A DNA stretch of 64,000 nt from Anaerolineales bacterium (GTDB lineage: Bacteria > Chloroflexota > Anaerolineae > Anaerolineales > UBA11858): assembly GCA_018335275.1 (NCBI GenBank), contig JAGXKM010000001.1:8154-72153 (forward strand), in the 5' to 3' direction. Positions 17,597 to 26,989 of the stretch are shown one piece after another. Numbering within the stretch: the stretch's first letter is position 1; each line of letters begins with the position of its first letter. The position numbers were made by a program, and so were the translations under genes. Under the pieces are notes generated by a model. The model saw only the letters and a list, made by a program, of their open reading frames with translations, was not told the origin of the DNA and did no database searches.

Positions 17597-20500
17597 TTAT
17601 TCTACGATCACGCGGTCGCTGCCGCTGCGCCCGAAGACTTCGGGGGAATACATTTCCTCCGCTTTGGCAGGGGGAACGACGAAATTTCCGGGCGTGGTCG
17701 CTCGAGCGACATACGTATATTCATACACCCCATCCCAGAGCAAATTTGTGAAAGCTTCCGCCCTCTCATCGCGCATGTTCTGGTGGTTGTACCAGGTGCC
17801 CCACCACCACCAGCCAAAACGATACTCTTCCCCGTCCGGATCCTCCGGAACGCTGCCGGAGACAGCCAAAGCAGGATTGATGATCTCCAACCCCGCAGGG
17901 AGCGGATCAACCAGCGCGACATGGTATCGACGGTTATCCGCCACCATGGTCAGCCGCACCCGGACCCGGGCCCCAGCTTTGATATGCCAGGTCCCATCCT
18001 CCTCCTGCCAGACATCCTCGGGGTCATCGACCGCCTCATACTCCCGCTGGACCACAAAGCCCATATCCAGGGGATCCAAATCCAGATCCGTGGGCGCGTA
18101 CTTCAACCCCAAACGATAGTAAAGGCGTCCCGGACCTTCCTTGCTGATTACCAGGTCTCGAGTCTCCCCACCTTTTTCCTCGACGAGGAAGGACATCGGA
18201 ATCTGAGTCTCCTTGCGTTCCGTTGTCCGGCCCACAAACCTATGCGCCCCGGCGTAGGTTTCACCCAACCAGATCCGGGCCACGAACTCTGGTGTCTGTT
18301 TCTCAAAGGTATTGAAATAGCGGTCCAGCGCCAAAAGGACGAAGACGTTTTCCTGCGTGTTCCCCCACCGTCCTTTCTCCCGGTGTGCCAACAGACCAGT
18401 GACCAGCTTGGGAATCAGGTCGCTCTCCGGGTTGTCAGCGATCAAAGCATCCAGAAGGATGGCATCCGTGCGGCGGTTCGATCCCAGGAGGAGGTAATTC
18501 TGGTCATCGTATTGCGTGGTGAAATTCGCCGCCCCTGCAGTTTCCACCACCCGGTTTCCCACGTAACGGCGGATGGATTCAAGTTCCTCCGTGGAGCCGG
18601 GGGAATCCACCAAAACCTGCCAGATCCAACCCACAGCATCTAACCTCAGCTCCTCGATCCCAGCGTCGTTCAGCAAATTCCTCGCTTTCAAAGGGTCGCT
18701 GTCCCCCATCAGATCACGCACATAGAGAGCATAAGCGCTGAGAGTATTCCGTGTATCCTCGCTGTACCAGGATGGGAAATGACGCTCAATCTCCCGCAGA
18801 TAGCTCAAAAGTCGGTCCTGAGTCTCCTCCGGGACCTCAAATCCTTTCATTTCAGCCCGCTGCAGGGCATGCGCGACGTGAATGGTGTGGAAGGGGATGG
18901 ATTCTCTGCCTTTTCGCCAGTAACCATACCCACCGTCATTGTTTTGCAAGCGCTGCAGTTCTTCGATGTCCCGTTTCACAGCAGCTTCCAATTCCAGCGG
19001 CGAGGGCAAACCATCCGCCTCGAAAGCGCTGAGGACATCCCGCAGGGCAGCGATGCCCAGCACCCGGGAAGCAATTTGTTCCGAGCACTCATAAGGATAA
19101 GACGCCAGGTACAAGACGGCATCTGTGAGCGCCTGAAGCGCTGTGGAAGAGGTATTGACCTCCAATCCACCGAACTGAGGGAAGACATCTTCCGGGGCAG
19201 CAACCGGCTGGGCGACCGCTCCTTCATCGATCACCCCGTAGGTCGCGAAAGCTTCGGAGGTCGCCGGTGTATAGACCGGAAGCTGACCAAAGGCAGCGTC
19301 CTCATACTTCCCAGCAACAGCTGCCGCCTGGAAATGGACCGTCCCCGCCCTCTCAGTGGAAGCTGGGAAACGGACCTCGACTCGATCGTTCGCCGGGACC
19401 GTCACCCGGATCCCTTTCTCCTCCAGATCCAGATTGTTGGCCCGGATGACCACATCCGTCTCCAGCGGTTCATCGGTTTGATTCTGGAGCACAATGGGAA
19501 GTTTGAACGCATCCCCGAAGTTTAAGAAACGGGGAGCAGAGGGGCGCACCATCAGCGGCAGGCGCGCAGTTAGATTCGCTTCAGCAGAGCCGAACTGCTT
19601 CCCCCCCTGATCCACCGCGACCACCATCACCCTGTAACGGGTCAGATTGTCCGGAACCTGAATTTGAATACTCGCTTCTCCACGGCTATCGGTCCGAACC
19701 TCCGGGGCAAAGGTAGCCAGGGGATTGAAATCCGTCCTGACCTCGATGGGCTCTTGGGCAGCCGCTTCTCCTCCCCCTAATCCCGCCACATCCGCAGATT
19801 TTTCCTGGGGTGCTTCCGCCATCGCTTCTTCTTCCATGGCCCCCTCTACCGCCATAGTGGCCATGGGCTGATTTCTCCCCCCCACTTCCTGACTTTCATC
19901 CACCAATGTCTGGGGATCGACCAGGACGATATTGGCCCGGCTGTAAAATCCTTGAAAACCCGCTGATCTGGTTTGATAAAAAACGGAAAGGGGATCCGTC
20001 AATTGATAATCCGTCAAAGCCAGAATGGCCTCATCTACCACGACAACAGCCATTTCCGCGTTTTGAACAGGCTCTCCACGGGCATCGGTAATCTCCAAAT
20101 TCAAGTTTGTTGTCTCACCCGGCGCCAAGGCTTGATCTTCCAGCTCCGCTGCCACGGACAAAGTCCGCTCCAAAGGTGGGATTTCCAGGTTGATCTGCCC
20201 GGTAGCGTAGGCAGGCCGCGGTGCGATACCTTCCATTTCTCCCCCTGCTTCATCGATGCGGGGAGCAGAACCCACCACATCCACCTGGAGATGTAAATTG
20301 GGAAGATATGCCTCTTTGATCGGGATGCGAAGCGTCGTGCTTCCCTCTGTAAAGGAAAAACTCTGGGTATCAATGATCCCGCTGCGGGCAATGGTCAGCA
20401 GACCCTCCCCGGATTGGAACGGCGCCTGGACCAAAATCTCAGCTACCTCTCCAGGTTGATAGGTTTCTTTATCCGGGACCAGGGTCACTTCCTCCCGCTC

Positions 20501-23500
20501 CACCTTCCGGGAAGGCGGGCGCTGCCCCCCACTCACCCAGCGCACAAGGCGGCTCTGGTTCACACGGCCCTGTTCATCCGTGATTTCCGCTGTGATTTGA
20601 TACCGGCCTCCAGCTGGAGTATCAAAGGAGCAGGTCACAGGCTCGCTTTTTGACCCCTCGCTGCACTCCTGAATGTCAACTTCCTTTTCCTGCCATTGTC
20701 CATCCTCGTATTTCCACTCCAAACGGGCAGCTTCGACAAGGATGGGACGATCTGAAACTGGGTTCCCGTCCAGATCCGTGACGATCAGGTCCACATCCAA
20801 CGAGTCCCCTTGCTGGACAAAATAGCGCTCCGTACGCATCCCCACATACAGATCAGCAGGATGGACCATGAGGCTGGTGTTGCTGGCCCAGGCTTGACGA
20901 TTGACATCAAACACGGTAGCTTCCGCCTGCAAACTGTAGGGGCGCGGCGTCTCCACATCTTTGAAGTCAACCTTCAGGTAATGCGTGCCGGACGCATCAG
21001 TCCGACCGGAGAAAGTGCTTCCCGAACCCTGGCCCTGCGGACCAGGTCCCCCTCTGAAGATCCACCATGGCGTCCACATCCCGAATGTGAAATCAGGCCA
21101 ATTTGGAGGCTGGTAATTCGCGGCCTGGGAATTCACACGCCATTCCACATCCGCATTAGGCAGAGGACCCCCGGCATAATACGCAGCTTCAACACCGAGC
21201 ACCGCTTGATCGCCGACGAAATACGGACCCGTGGACTCATTGCGGGCTTTGACTTCAAACTCAGGCCGCCGGAATTCTTGAATCTGGAACATGTGCCAAT
21301 GCTGGTTCGTACGCATCCCCCCTGCACTCCCCAGAGATCGCAATACCAGTTGAGCAGCGCCGAGGTTGATGTTTTCAGGCAGGCTGAAGGAGAAATCAAA
21401 CCCTCCCCAGGCATTCAATTCCGTCTGTCCCTGCGTGATCTCATTCCCCTGCGGCCCGTTTACCTGATAGTGAACGCCCGTGATCCCATCCCCGACCAAC
21501 TCCACATCTCCGGTCTCCGTCGTGCCAATCCGCCGCATCCAGCCTTTGACATGGACTTCCTCTCCCGGTTTGTACATCTCCCGATCATCGAACACATACC
21601 AGCGCAATTCATCCATCACGGACCTTTTTTCCCACTTTCCCGACCCCCAATAGGAACTTGACGAGGGGAGTAATGCCTGATCCTCCCCTTTGGAAGCGAC
21701 CAGGTAAGAGATCCCTCCTGCCGGGATGCCAAATCGAGCGATACCATCCTGATCCGTTTCGCTGAGTATACTTTGAATTTCAGACCTTATGGTCACCCCG
21801 GAAAGCGGTGTGCCATCCTGTAAAGCGGTCGTCCAGACCACCATCTCGCTGTGGTCCTTAAAGGCATCCAATCCTATCTGTGTGACCTGGACCCAGACCT
21901 GGACCGTTTCCCAATACCGCTCCTCCTTGAACAACTCTTTAGGGGGTTTGACGATGACGATAAATTGACCATATTCACCTGACATCACTTCACTCAGATC
22001 AACGGGGACTTCAGTCAGGGTATCCGCGCCCCCCTCCACCGGGAGAGAGGAATCAAATACCAATTTCCCGGGAGGATTTGGGGGATCATCTCTCCGCTGG
22101 TAATCCTGCAAATACGCTTTGAAATCCGGCCAGTGGGAGGTGTTCACGTCGTAAATCCTGACATCCAAGCGGTCATAATTAATCGCATAGAGTGACAAGA
22201 CAGGCCGCTTAGAAGCAGGGTCAAGGGTAACCAGTGTCTGTCTCGGACCATATAAAACGGGCTCAGCAGGTCCGATCCTAAACTTTACCGTTTGATCCTC
22301 GCCTAAAGTCTGCCCAAAGACATCCTTTATCTCCCCATCCAAGGTCACGCGGTACGTCGTCCGGGGCTTTGTCGCACCCTGGATGTTGATCGTATTACCG
22401 TAGATATTCACCGTCGCGTCAGGCAGCTCCGGTTGGATCCGCAGCATCCCTTCTTGATAAGCGTCTGTATCCAGGGGATTGTTAAAGCGAATGAACAAGG
22501 GTGTTAAAGGTCGACATTTCGGGCCTCCCCAAGAGCAGCCGTGCTCCTGTACCCGCAGGGGTGGATAGGTATAAAAACTGAATCCCTGCCCGCTATCTGT
22601 CTTTAAAGGTCCTTCGGCAGAAGGCGTACCGGGACCGATATCCACTGTGATGGTCGTGTCCGCGGGTAATGGCTCTTGACTGCGAAAGGCCAGCCAACGA
22701 CCCTCCATCGCGTCATCCACCATGCGGCTCACCCTTTCATCCTCCTGGATTTCTTCCTCTTTGGCCAGACGCACAGGGATAACCTGCCCTCCAGCGGAGA
22801 CGCGGATCGTATCAAGGACCGCTTCCGGCTCGATGCGTTGATCAAAGGAAGCGAAGAGCAGGGGATCCAGAGGCTGGGGCCCCTGGGAAGGGTAATAAGT
22901 TTGCAGAGTTGGAGGCGGCGTTTGGAACCTGAATTGAACCGCTTCTTCCAATCTCTCTCCAGAAACCGACTCCACCCCTTCAGGAATCGTGACCTGATAC
23001 GCAGTGGCCATGGGCAAGCGGTCGATGTCTTCAGAATCAGATTGGAAATTTAACGTCCTCGTCCCCAGCCAGTGCCATGAACCCGGAACACCTGGATCTA
23101 TCTCTACCGGTACATCCTCATCCGCCAATCCTTGTAAAGTGTCCAAAGGCACCATGGGCTGGTTAAAGGTGACATTGACGAAAGGCGCGATGGGGACTTC
23201 TCCCTGCGGCGCGTATCGCAAAACTTTTAAAGGCTGATCTTCAACCGGGCCTGGACCCCCGGTCTCGCCAGGAGAAGGGAAGACAACCTCGATGGTCTGG
23301 CCCGTGCGGGGCGGAGGCAGCACTTCATCCGGGAGGTTAAACTCCATCTCCAAGCCTTCTGCGTCAGGCAAATCAGGCAGCCGGGAGAATATATCCAGGA
23401 TCTCACCCTCAAGGAGCGGCTCTCCCTCCGCCATCTGTGGACCTTCAGCGGGGTCAGGTTGCGCACTCCCGTCACTGAGGTCAAAGATCAGGCCGGAGCC

Positions 23501-23689
23501 ATCCCCTTCTTCTCCATTTTGGGCTCCGATCTGCTCACCGTTTGAAGAGGGGCCTGTATCCAGAGGAATAGGTTGATCATCAAACAAGTCCATGTCGATC
23601 ACCTGGGTGAGACTGCACCCCATGCCGACAACCAAAACCAATCCAATTCCGATTAGTTTTCGCCAAGATAAGCGCGTGTGCTCAAACAT
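17597..23689 (-). CDS. Bacterial alpha-2-macroglobulin family lipoprotein with a thioester motif
   Basis: 2030 aa. The N-terminal signal has a lipobox-like VVGMGC. YPYECSEQIAS carries the CxEQ thioester (19076-19087, in frame), and the rest is long MG-domain-like beta-rich sequence. Confidence 0.85.
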   Translation of the reverse strand: MFEHTRLSWRKLIGIGLVLVVGMGCSLTQVIDMDLFDDQPIPLDTGPSSNGEQIGAQNGEEGDGSGLIFDLSDGSAQPDPAEGPQMAEGEPLLEGEILDIFSRLPDLPDAEGLEMEFNLPDEVLPPPRTGQTIEVVFPSPGETGGPGPVEDQPLKVLRYAPQGEVPIAPFVNVTFNQPMVPLDTLQGLADEDVPVEIDPGVPGSWHWLGTRTLNFQSDSEDIDRLPMATAYQVTIPEGVESVSGERLEEAVQFRFQTPPPTLQTYYPSQGPQPLDPLLFASFDQRIEPEAVLDTIRVSAGGQVIPVRLAKEEEIQEDERVSRMVDDAMEGRWLAFRSQEPLPADTTITVDIGPGTPSAEGPLKTDSGQGFSFYTYPPLRVQEHGCSWGGPKCRPLTPLFIRFNNPLDTDAYQEGMLRIQPELPDATVNIYGNTINIQGATKPRTTYRVTLDGEIKDVFGQTLGEDQTVKFRIGPAEPVLYGPRQTLVTLDPASKRPVLSLYAINYDRLDVRIYDVNTSHWPDFKAYLQDYQRRDDPPNPPGKLVFDSSLPVEGGADTLTEVPVDLSEVMSGEYGQFIVIVKPPKELFKEERYWETVQVWVQVTQIGLDAFKDHSEMVVWTTALQDGTPLSGVTIRSEIQSILSETDQDGIARFGIPAGGISYLVASKGEDQALLPSSSSYWGSGKWEKRSVMDELRWYVFDDREMYKPGEEVHVKGWMRRIGTTETGDVELVGDGITGVHYQVNGPQGNEITQGQTELNAWGGFDFSFSLPENINLGAAQLVLRSLGSAGGMRTNQHWHMFQIQEFRRPEFEVKARNESTGPYFVGDQAVLGVEAAYYAGGPLPNADVEWRVNSQAANYQPPNWPDFTFGMWTPWWIFRGGPGPQGQGSGSTFSGRTDASGTHYLKVDFKDVETPRPYSLQAEATVFDVNRQAWASNTSLMVHPADLYVGMRTERYFVQQGDSLDVDLIVTDLDGNPVSDRPILVEAARLEWKYEDGQWQEKEVDIQECSEGSKSEPVTCSFDTPAGGRYQITAEITDEQGRVNQSRLVRWVSGGQRPPSRKVEREEVTLVPDKETYQPGEVAEILVQAPFQSGEGLLTIARSGIIDTQSFSFTEGSTTLRIPIKEAYLPNLHLQVDVVGSAPRIDEAGGEMEGIAPRPAYATGQINLEIPPLERTLSVAAELEDQALAPGETTNLNLEITDARGEPVQNAEMAVVVVDEAILALTDYQLTDPLSVFYQTRSAGFQGFYSRANIVLVDPQTLVDESQEVGGRNQPMATMAVEGAMEEEAMAEAPQEKSADVAGLGGGEAAAQEPIEVRTDFNPLATFAPEVRTDSRGEASIQIQVPDNLTRYRVMVVAVDQGGKQFGSAEANLTARLPLMVRPSAPRFLNFGDAFKLPIVLQNQTDEPLETDVVIRANNLDLEEKGIRVTVPANDRVEVRFPASTERAGTVHFQAAAVAGKYEDAAFGQLPVYTPATSEAFATYGVIDEGAVAQPVAAPEDVFPQFGGLEVNTSSTALQALTDAVLYLASYPYECSEQIASRVLGIAALRDVLSAFEADGLPSPLELEAAVKRDIEELQRLQNNDGGYGYWRKGRESIPFHTIHVAHALQRAEMKGFEVPEETQDRLLSYLREIERHFPSWYSEDTRNTLSAYALYVRDLMGDSDPLKARNLLNDAGIEELRLDAVGWIWQVLVDSPGSTEELESIRRYVGNRVVETAGAANFTTQYDDQNYLLLGSNRRTDAILLDALIADNPESDLIPKLVTGLLAHREKGRWGNTQENVFVLLALDRYFNTFEKQTPEFVARIWLGETYAGAHRFVGRTTERKETQIPMSFLVEEKGGETRDLVISKEGPGRLYYRLGLKYAPTDLDLDPLDMGFVVQREYEAVDDPEDVWQEEDGTWHIKAGARVRVRLTMVADNRRYHVALVDPLPAGLEIINPALAVSGSVPEDPDGEEYRFGWWWWGTWYNHQNMRDERAEAFTNLLWDGVYEYTYVARATTPGNFVVPPAKAEEMYSPEVFGRSGSDRVIVE

Positions 23690-23917
23690 AACAGGGCTCC
23701 TATTCTATATTCGGGTAAACGGCAAATGCGAGTGCTGGAAAAACCCTTTCTTCTTCCTGATCAGGATGAGATATTTTCCTCTTGGGAAAAAATGCATTTA
23801 TACTAAAAAAGCATCTCTCTTAAAGGATAGACGTAATTGAAACCTTTTTTGTTCCCGAAACCTGGCTGATAAGATCTCAAACAAAGAAACCTTCCGCCAT
23901 CCCTGGTCAGATAAGAT

Positions 23918-24343
23918 TTATCCCTCAGAAAGTTGAGAGAGAAAACGTTTTAACGCTTTCACAGCGCCCTGCTGGTTCTGATACGCTTGAACAGCCAATA
24001 AAGGGTGAGGATTTCCAGAGATCATTTTGGAGATCTTCCTGTCTCTCTGATAAAGGCAGAGCACAGGTTTATCCAAAGATAAAGCGTAGCCAATCTCATA
24101 TCCCACCCCATGGGAAGGCGTGCTGACCTCAGCCACCAAAAGGTCACTCTCTTTGATCCAATTCACATCCCTGTGAAAAATATCCCCCGGGTCCTCGTTC
24201 TGATCCATCTCTTCTACACCTGTATCAGCGATATGCGCTGTGGGGACTTCGTGGCCAGATTGCCCCAAAAACTGGACAAGGGTTTGATACATCCCCTCAT
24301 CCTGCCTCCCTCCTGTGATAGAACAAGCGAAATAAATTTTCAT
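23918..24343 (-). CDS. Nucleoside 2-deoxyribosyltransferase-fold protein, DNPH1/Rcl-like (deoxy)nucleotide N-hydrolase
   Basis: MKIYFACSITGGRQD...SDLLVAEVSTPSHGVGYEIGYA is the DNPH1-type pattern. The track ORF starts 12 codons earlier, at 24379. Confidence 0.7.
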   Translation of the reverse strand: MKIYFACSITGGRQDEGMYQTLVQFLGQSGHEVPTAHIADTGVEEMDQNEDPGDIFHRDVNWIKESDLLVAEVSTPSHGVGYEIGYALSLDKPVLCLYQRDRKISKMISGNPHPLLAVQAYQNQQGAVKALKRFLSQLSEG

Positions 24344-24505
24344 ATCAACTTTGCCATCCTCTGAATCAGCATAAAACAAAAAAGCGATAAAATAGAGATA
24401 TGATGCATGTAATTATAAGGCCAATTGAGGCTGAAATGGCTCCTTTTCACATGTGTTATACTCGATCCATATTCCGGTGAGAAGGATGAGAATCAGGTAC
24501 AAATT

Positions 24506-25564
24506 ATGAATTCAGTTCAGGGCTTGGAACTCAAAAACGTCCAGAAAACCTTCGGTAACACCCAGGCGGTCTCCGGGGTATCATTCAAGGTCCAGAAGGG
24601 GGAAATTGTAGGCCTTTTAGGCCCCAGTGGAAGCGGAAAAACCACCTTGCTGGAGATCATAGCCGGATTGATCCAACCAGACCGGGGGGTATGCACCTGG
24701 GACGGGGAAGATTTGGCGGACATCCCGACCCATAAACGCGGATTTGGACTCATGTTCCAGGACTTTGCCCTCTTCCCTCATAAAAACGTTCATGAGAATG
24801 TGTCTTTTGGCTTACTGATGCAAGATTGGTCATCCGCAAGGGTGTCCCAGCGCGTGGAGGAAGTGCTGGATCTGGTCGGATTGCCAGGCTTCGGCTCCCG
24901 GGAAGTTGACACGCTGTCGGGCGGTGAGAAGCAGCGCGTGGCTCTGGCCCGGTCATTCGCTCCACAACCCCGCTTGTTGATGCTGGATGAACCCATTGGC
25001 TCACTGGACCGCACGCTGCGTGAGCGTTTGATGGGAGAGGTGCGAGAAATATTAAAATCGATGAAACAAACAGCCATCTATGTCACGCATGACCAGAAGG
25101 AAGCCTTTACCGTCGCTGACCGCATCGTGGTCCTGCAGGAGGGAACCGTGGCTCAAATAGGGACCCCATTGGAAATTTACCACCACCCCGATACCCCATT
25201 CATAGCCCAATTTCTCGGTCTCAGAAACGTTTTTCCAGCGGAAATCAAAAAGGTAGATGGACAAATGGTCATCTCAAGCCCCTTTGGTGAATGGCCCAGC
25301 CAAGAGGACAGGGAAAGAAAGGTCTCCCTCTTACTCCGGCCTGATGCCGTCATGCTCGGCCCCTCTCCTGATGCAAATCATTGTGAATTAAGGGGGACGT
25401 TGATGAAAAAATCCTTCACTGGAAAAGCCTATCAAGCAGAGGTGGATGCAGAAGGCACCCGGCTGCATTTTACCTTTTCATCCTCTGCCGAGGATTTCCC
25501 TCCCCAGGGCCAAGAGATCACCCTGCATTTTCATCCCTCGAAAGCATTCCAGGTATTTGAATAA
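24506..25564 (+). CDS. ABC transporter ATP-binding protein (PotA/FbpC/ThiQ-like with a C-terminal TOBE-like domain); no adjacent permease
   Basis: GPSGSGKTT (Walker A), LSGGEKQRVALAR and LLMLDEP are present. The track ORF starts at 24425, but MNSVQGLELKNV at 24506 fits the ABC N-terminus. Confidence 0.8.
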   Translation: MNSVQGLELKNVQKTFGNTQAVSGVSFKVQKGEIVGLLGPSGSGKTTLLEIIAGLIQPDRGVCTWDGEDLADIPTHKRGFGLMFQDFALFPHKNVHENVSFGLLMQDWSSARVSQRVEEVLDLVGLPGFGSREVDTLSGGEKQRVALARSFAPQPRLLMLDEPIGSLDRTLRERLMGEVREILKSMKQTAIYVTHDQKEAFTVADRIVVLQEGTVAQIGTPLEIYHHPDTPFIAQFLGLRNVFPAEIKKVDGQMVISSPFGEWPSQEDRERKVSLLLRPDAVMLGPSPDANHCELRGTLMKKSFTGKAYQAEVDAEGTRLHFTFSSSAEDFPPQGQEITLHFHPSKAFQVFE

Positions 25565-25673
25565 CCATAAACCCCCTCTTCCAGGCAAATACTCCAACGG
25601 TAAATATAGCCGGGAACGAGAAACCACCTCCTGACCGCAGCGTGCGTGTATATCTCACTTTCCTATACACCCA

Positions 25674-26471
25674 TCAGCCGATGTGAAAGCCGCTCCAGGT
25701 GCCCGTCAAGCCATACCGGAGGAGATCCATTCCTGCTATCTGCAGGAGGGCGGTGAGGAAACCCCCTAATAAGGGCCAGATCAGGTCAGAAAATCGTCTG
25801 GCCTTATTCTCCATGCCAAAGAAAATGATCCAAATTAAACCATAAAGCAAAGTCAGGAGAGTCAGCACCCCGAGTGCACTGACCAAAGTCAGAGGATATA
25901 AAATCCAGGATCTCCCAGAAAGGAAAGCTGCAGTGACCAGGGCGCCGGACAGGAAAAAACCAGCCCATTCCCGGAATCCCTTCAGAATTGCTTGGGTAGA
26001 GAAACGCTTCCAGACTGTCCTTTGAAAGAGAATATATACCATCAGGCTGATATCCAATCCTGCCCCCACACCGGTGATCAGGCGCAGGTCATTCCGCGGC
26101 TCGTAGAGAACGTAATCCTCCCAGTAGGCAAAGTGGACCAGGGAATTCAACGCGTCTGCCAGATAGGCCAAAAAAATCAACCCCAGAAGGACAATGACCA
26201 TCCACTGGGGTGCGCCCGCACGCTTTTTTGCCACCAGAAAAAGGTATATTAAACCTACCACCAGCCCCAGATATTGGCCGGAACACCGGGCACACAGCGA
26301 GACGGGCCGCTCCTGGATAAAAAATGAGTGAGACGGAAGACGGTGGCAGATGGCGTAACCGACAGCATCCGCTTTTCCCAAGAGCCCGCCAGGTGTGTTC
26401 GCCAACCAGGCCCCAAGGACAAGCAGACTAAAAAGGATCAACAATGTTTTCCAAGAGATAACTTCCCGCAT
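25674..26471 (-). CDS. DUF2085-family integral membrane protein
   Basis: 265 aa with CHRLPSHSF....CARCSGQYLG and multiple transmembrane segments. Confidence 0.65.
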   Translation of the reverse strand: MREVISWKTLLILFSLLVLGAWLANTPGGLLGKADAVGYAICHRLPSHSFFIQERPVSLCARCSGQYLGLVVGLIYLFLVAKKRAGAPQWMVIVLLGLIFLAYLADALNSLVHFAYWEDYVLYEPRNDLRLITGVGAGLDISLMVYILFQRTVWKRFSTQAILKGFREWAGFFLSGALVTAAFLSGRSWILYPLTLVSALGVLTLLTLLYGLIWIIFFGMENKARRFSDLIWPLLGGFLTALLQIAGMDLLRYGLTGTWSGFHIG

Positions 26472-26482
26472 CGTTTACCCTT

Positions 26483-26782
26483 TTATCCTTGATCATCAAC
26501 GTGAGATTTCACCATTCTTGTCAATGTCATTTTTTGGGGGAGGAGCTCGGTGATGGCGAGGTAAACACACAACCCACCCACAGCTATCCAGGCCTCTATG
26601 GCATACAGGCGTCTCTTTAATATCACCTCAAGAGGTGTTTCCACAGCTTTCCGAAGCAAAGGCCATTTTCCCCCACCGATCACAAAAAACACCATGTAAA
26701 AGCTGTAGAGTATTTCAATGATGAAGTTAATAATGATCAAGGAGTGAATGTATCTCCAAATTCTTTTCATTTTATACCCCAT
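26483..26782 (-). CDS. Small hydrophobic membrane protein, unknown function
   Basis: 99 aa with 2-3 predicted transmembrane segments. It is 12 nt upstream of the DUF2085 gene on the same strand. Confidence 0.45.
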   Translation of the reverse strand: MGYKMKRIWRYIHSLIIINFIIEILYSFYMVFFVIGGGKWPLLRKAVETPLEVILKRRLYAIEAWIAVGGLCVYLAITELLPQKMTLTRMVKSHVDDQG

Positions 26783-26989
26783 AAAGATGGATAGGTCTTA
26801 AAGAGCAAAGAGGCTTTGTGAATTTCTTAATCTTGAAAACTAATTATACCGGAGAACGACTGCCAAACGCCTAGAGGGTTATCAACATAGATGAATTCAA
26901 AAACAAAAGGGGGATCCGTGAATTTTCCCCGTTGGGTCCTCCTTTCAGATAGTACAATGAGGTCTGGTCCATAAAAAAAGGTTTGTCCA

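Noticed and set aside
17477-18643. Long plus-strand ORFs (388 aa and 215 aa) inside the A2M gene. Similar antisense ORFs occur at 31888-32838, 33941-34726, 38271-38957, 51703-52512 and 52534-53190.
   Set aside because: They lie entirely antisense to genes with strong family signatures. Their translations are low-complexity and R/P/G-rich with no motifs, which is typical of shadow ORFs in GC-rich coding DNA.
15049-24400. A genomic island integrated at tRNA-Asp.
   Set aside because: There is no integrase or recombinase, I could find no direct repeat of the tRNA 3' end at the far boundary, and the coding composition resembles the flanks. I kept it only as a synteny-break hypothesis.
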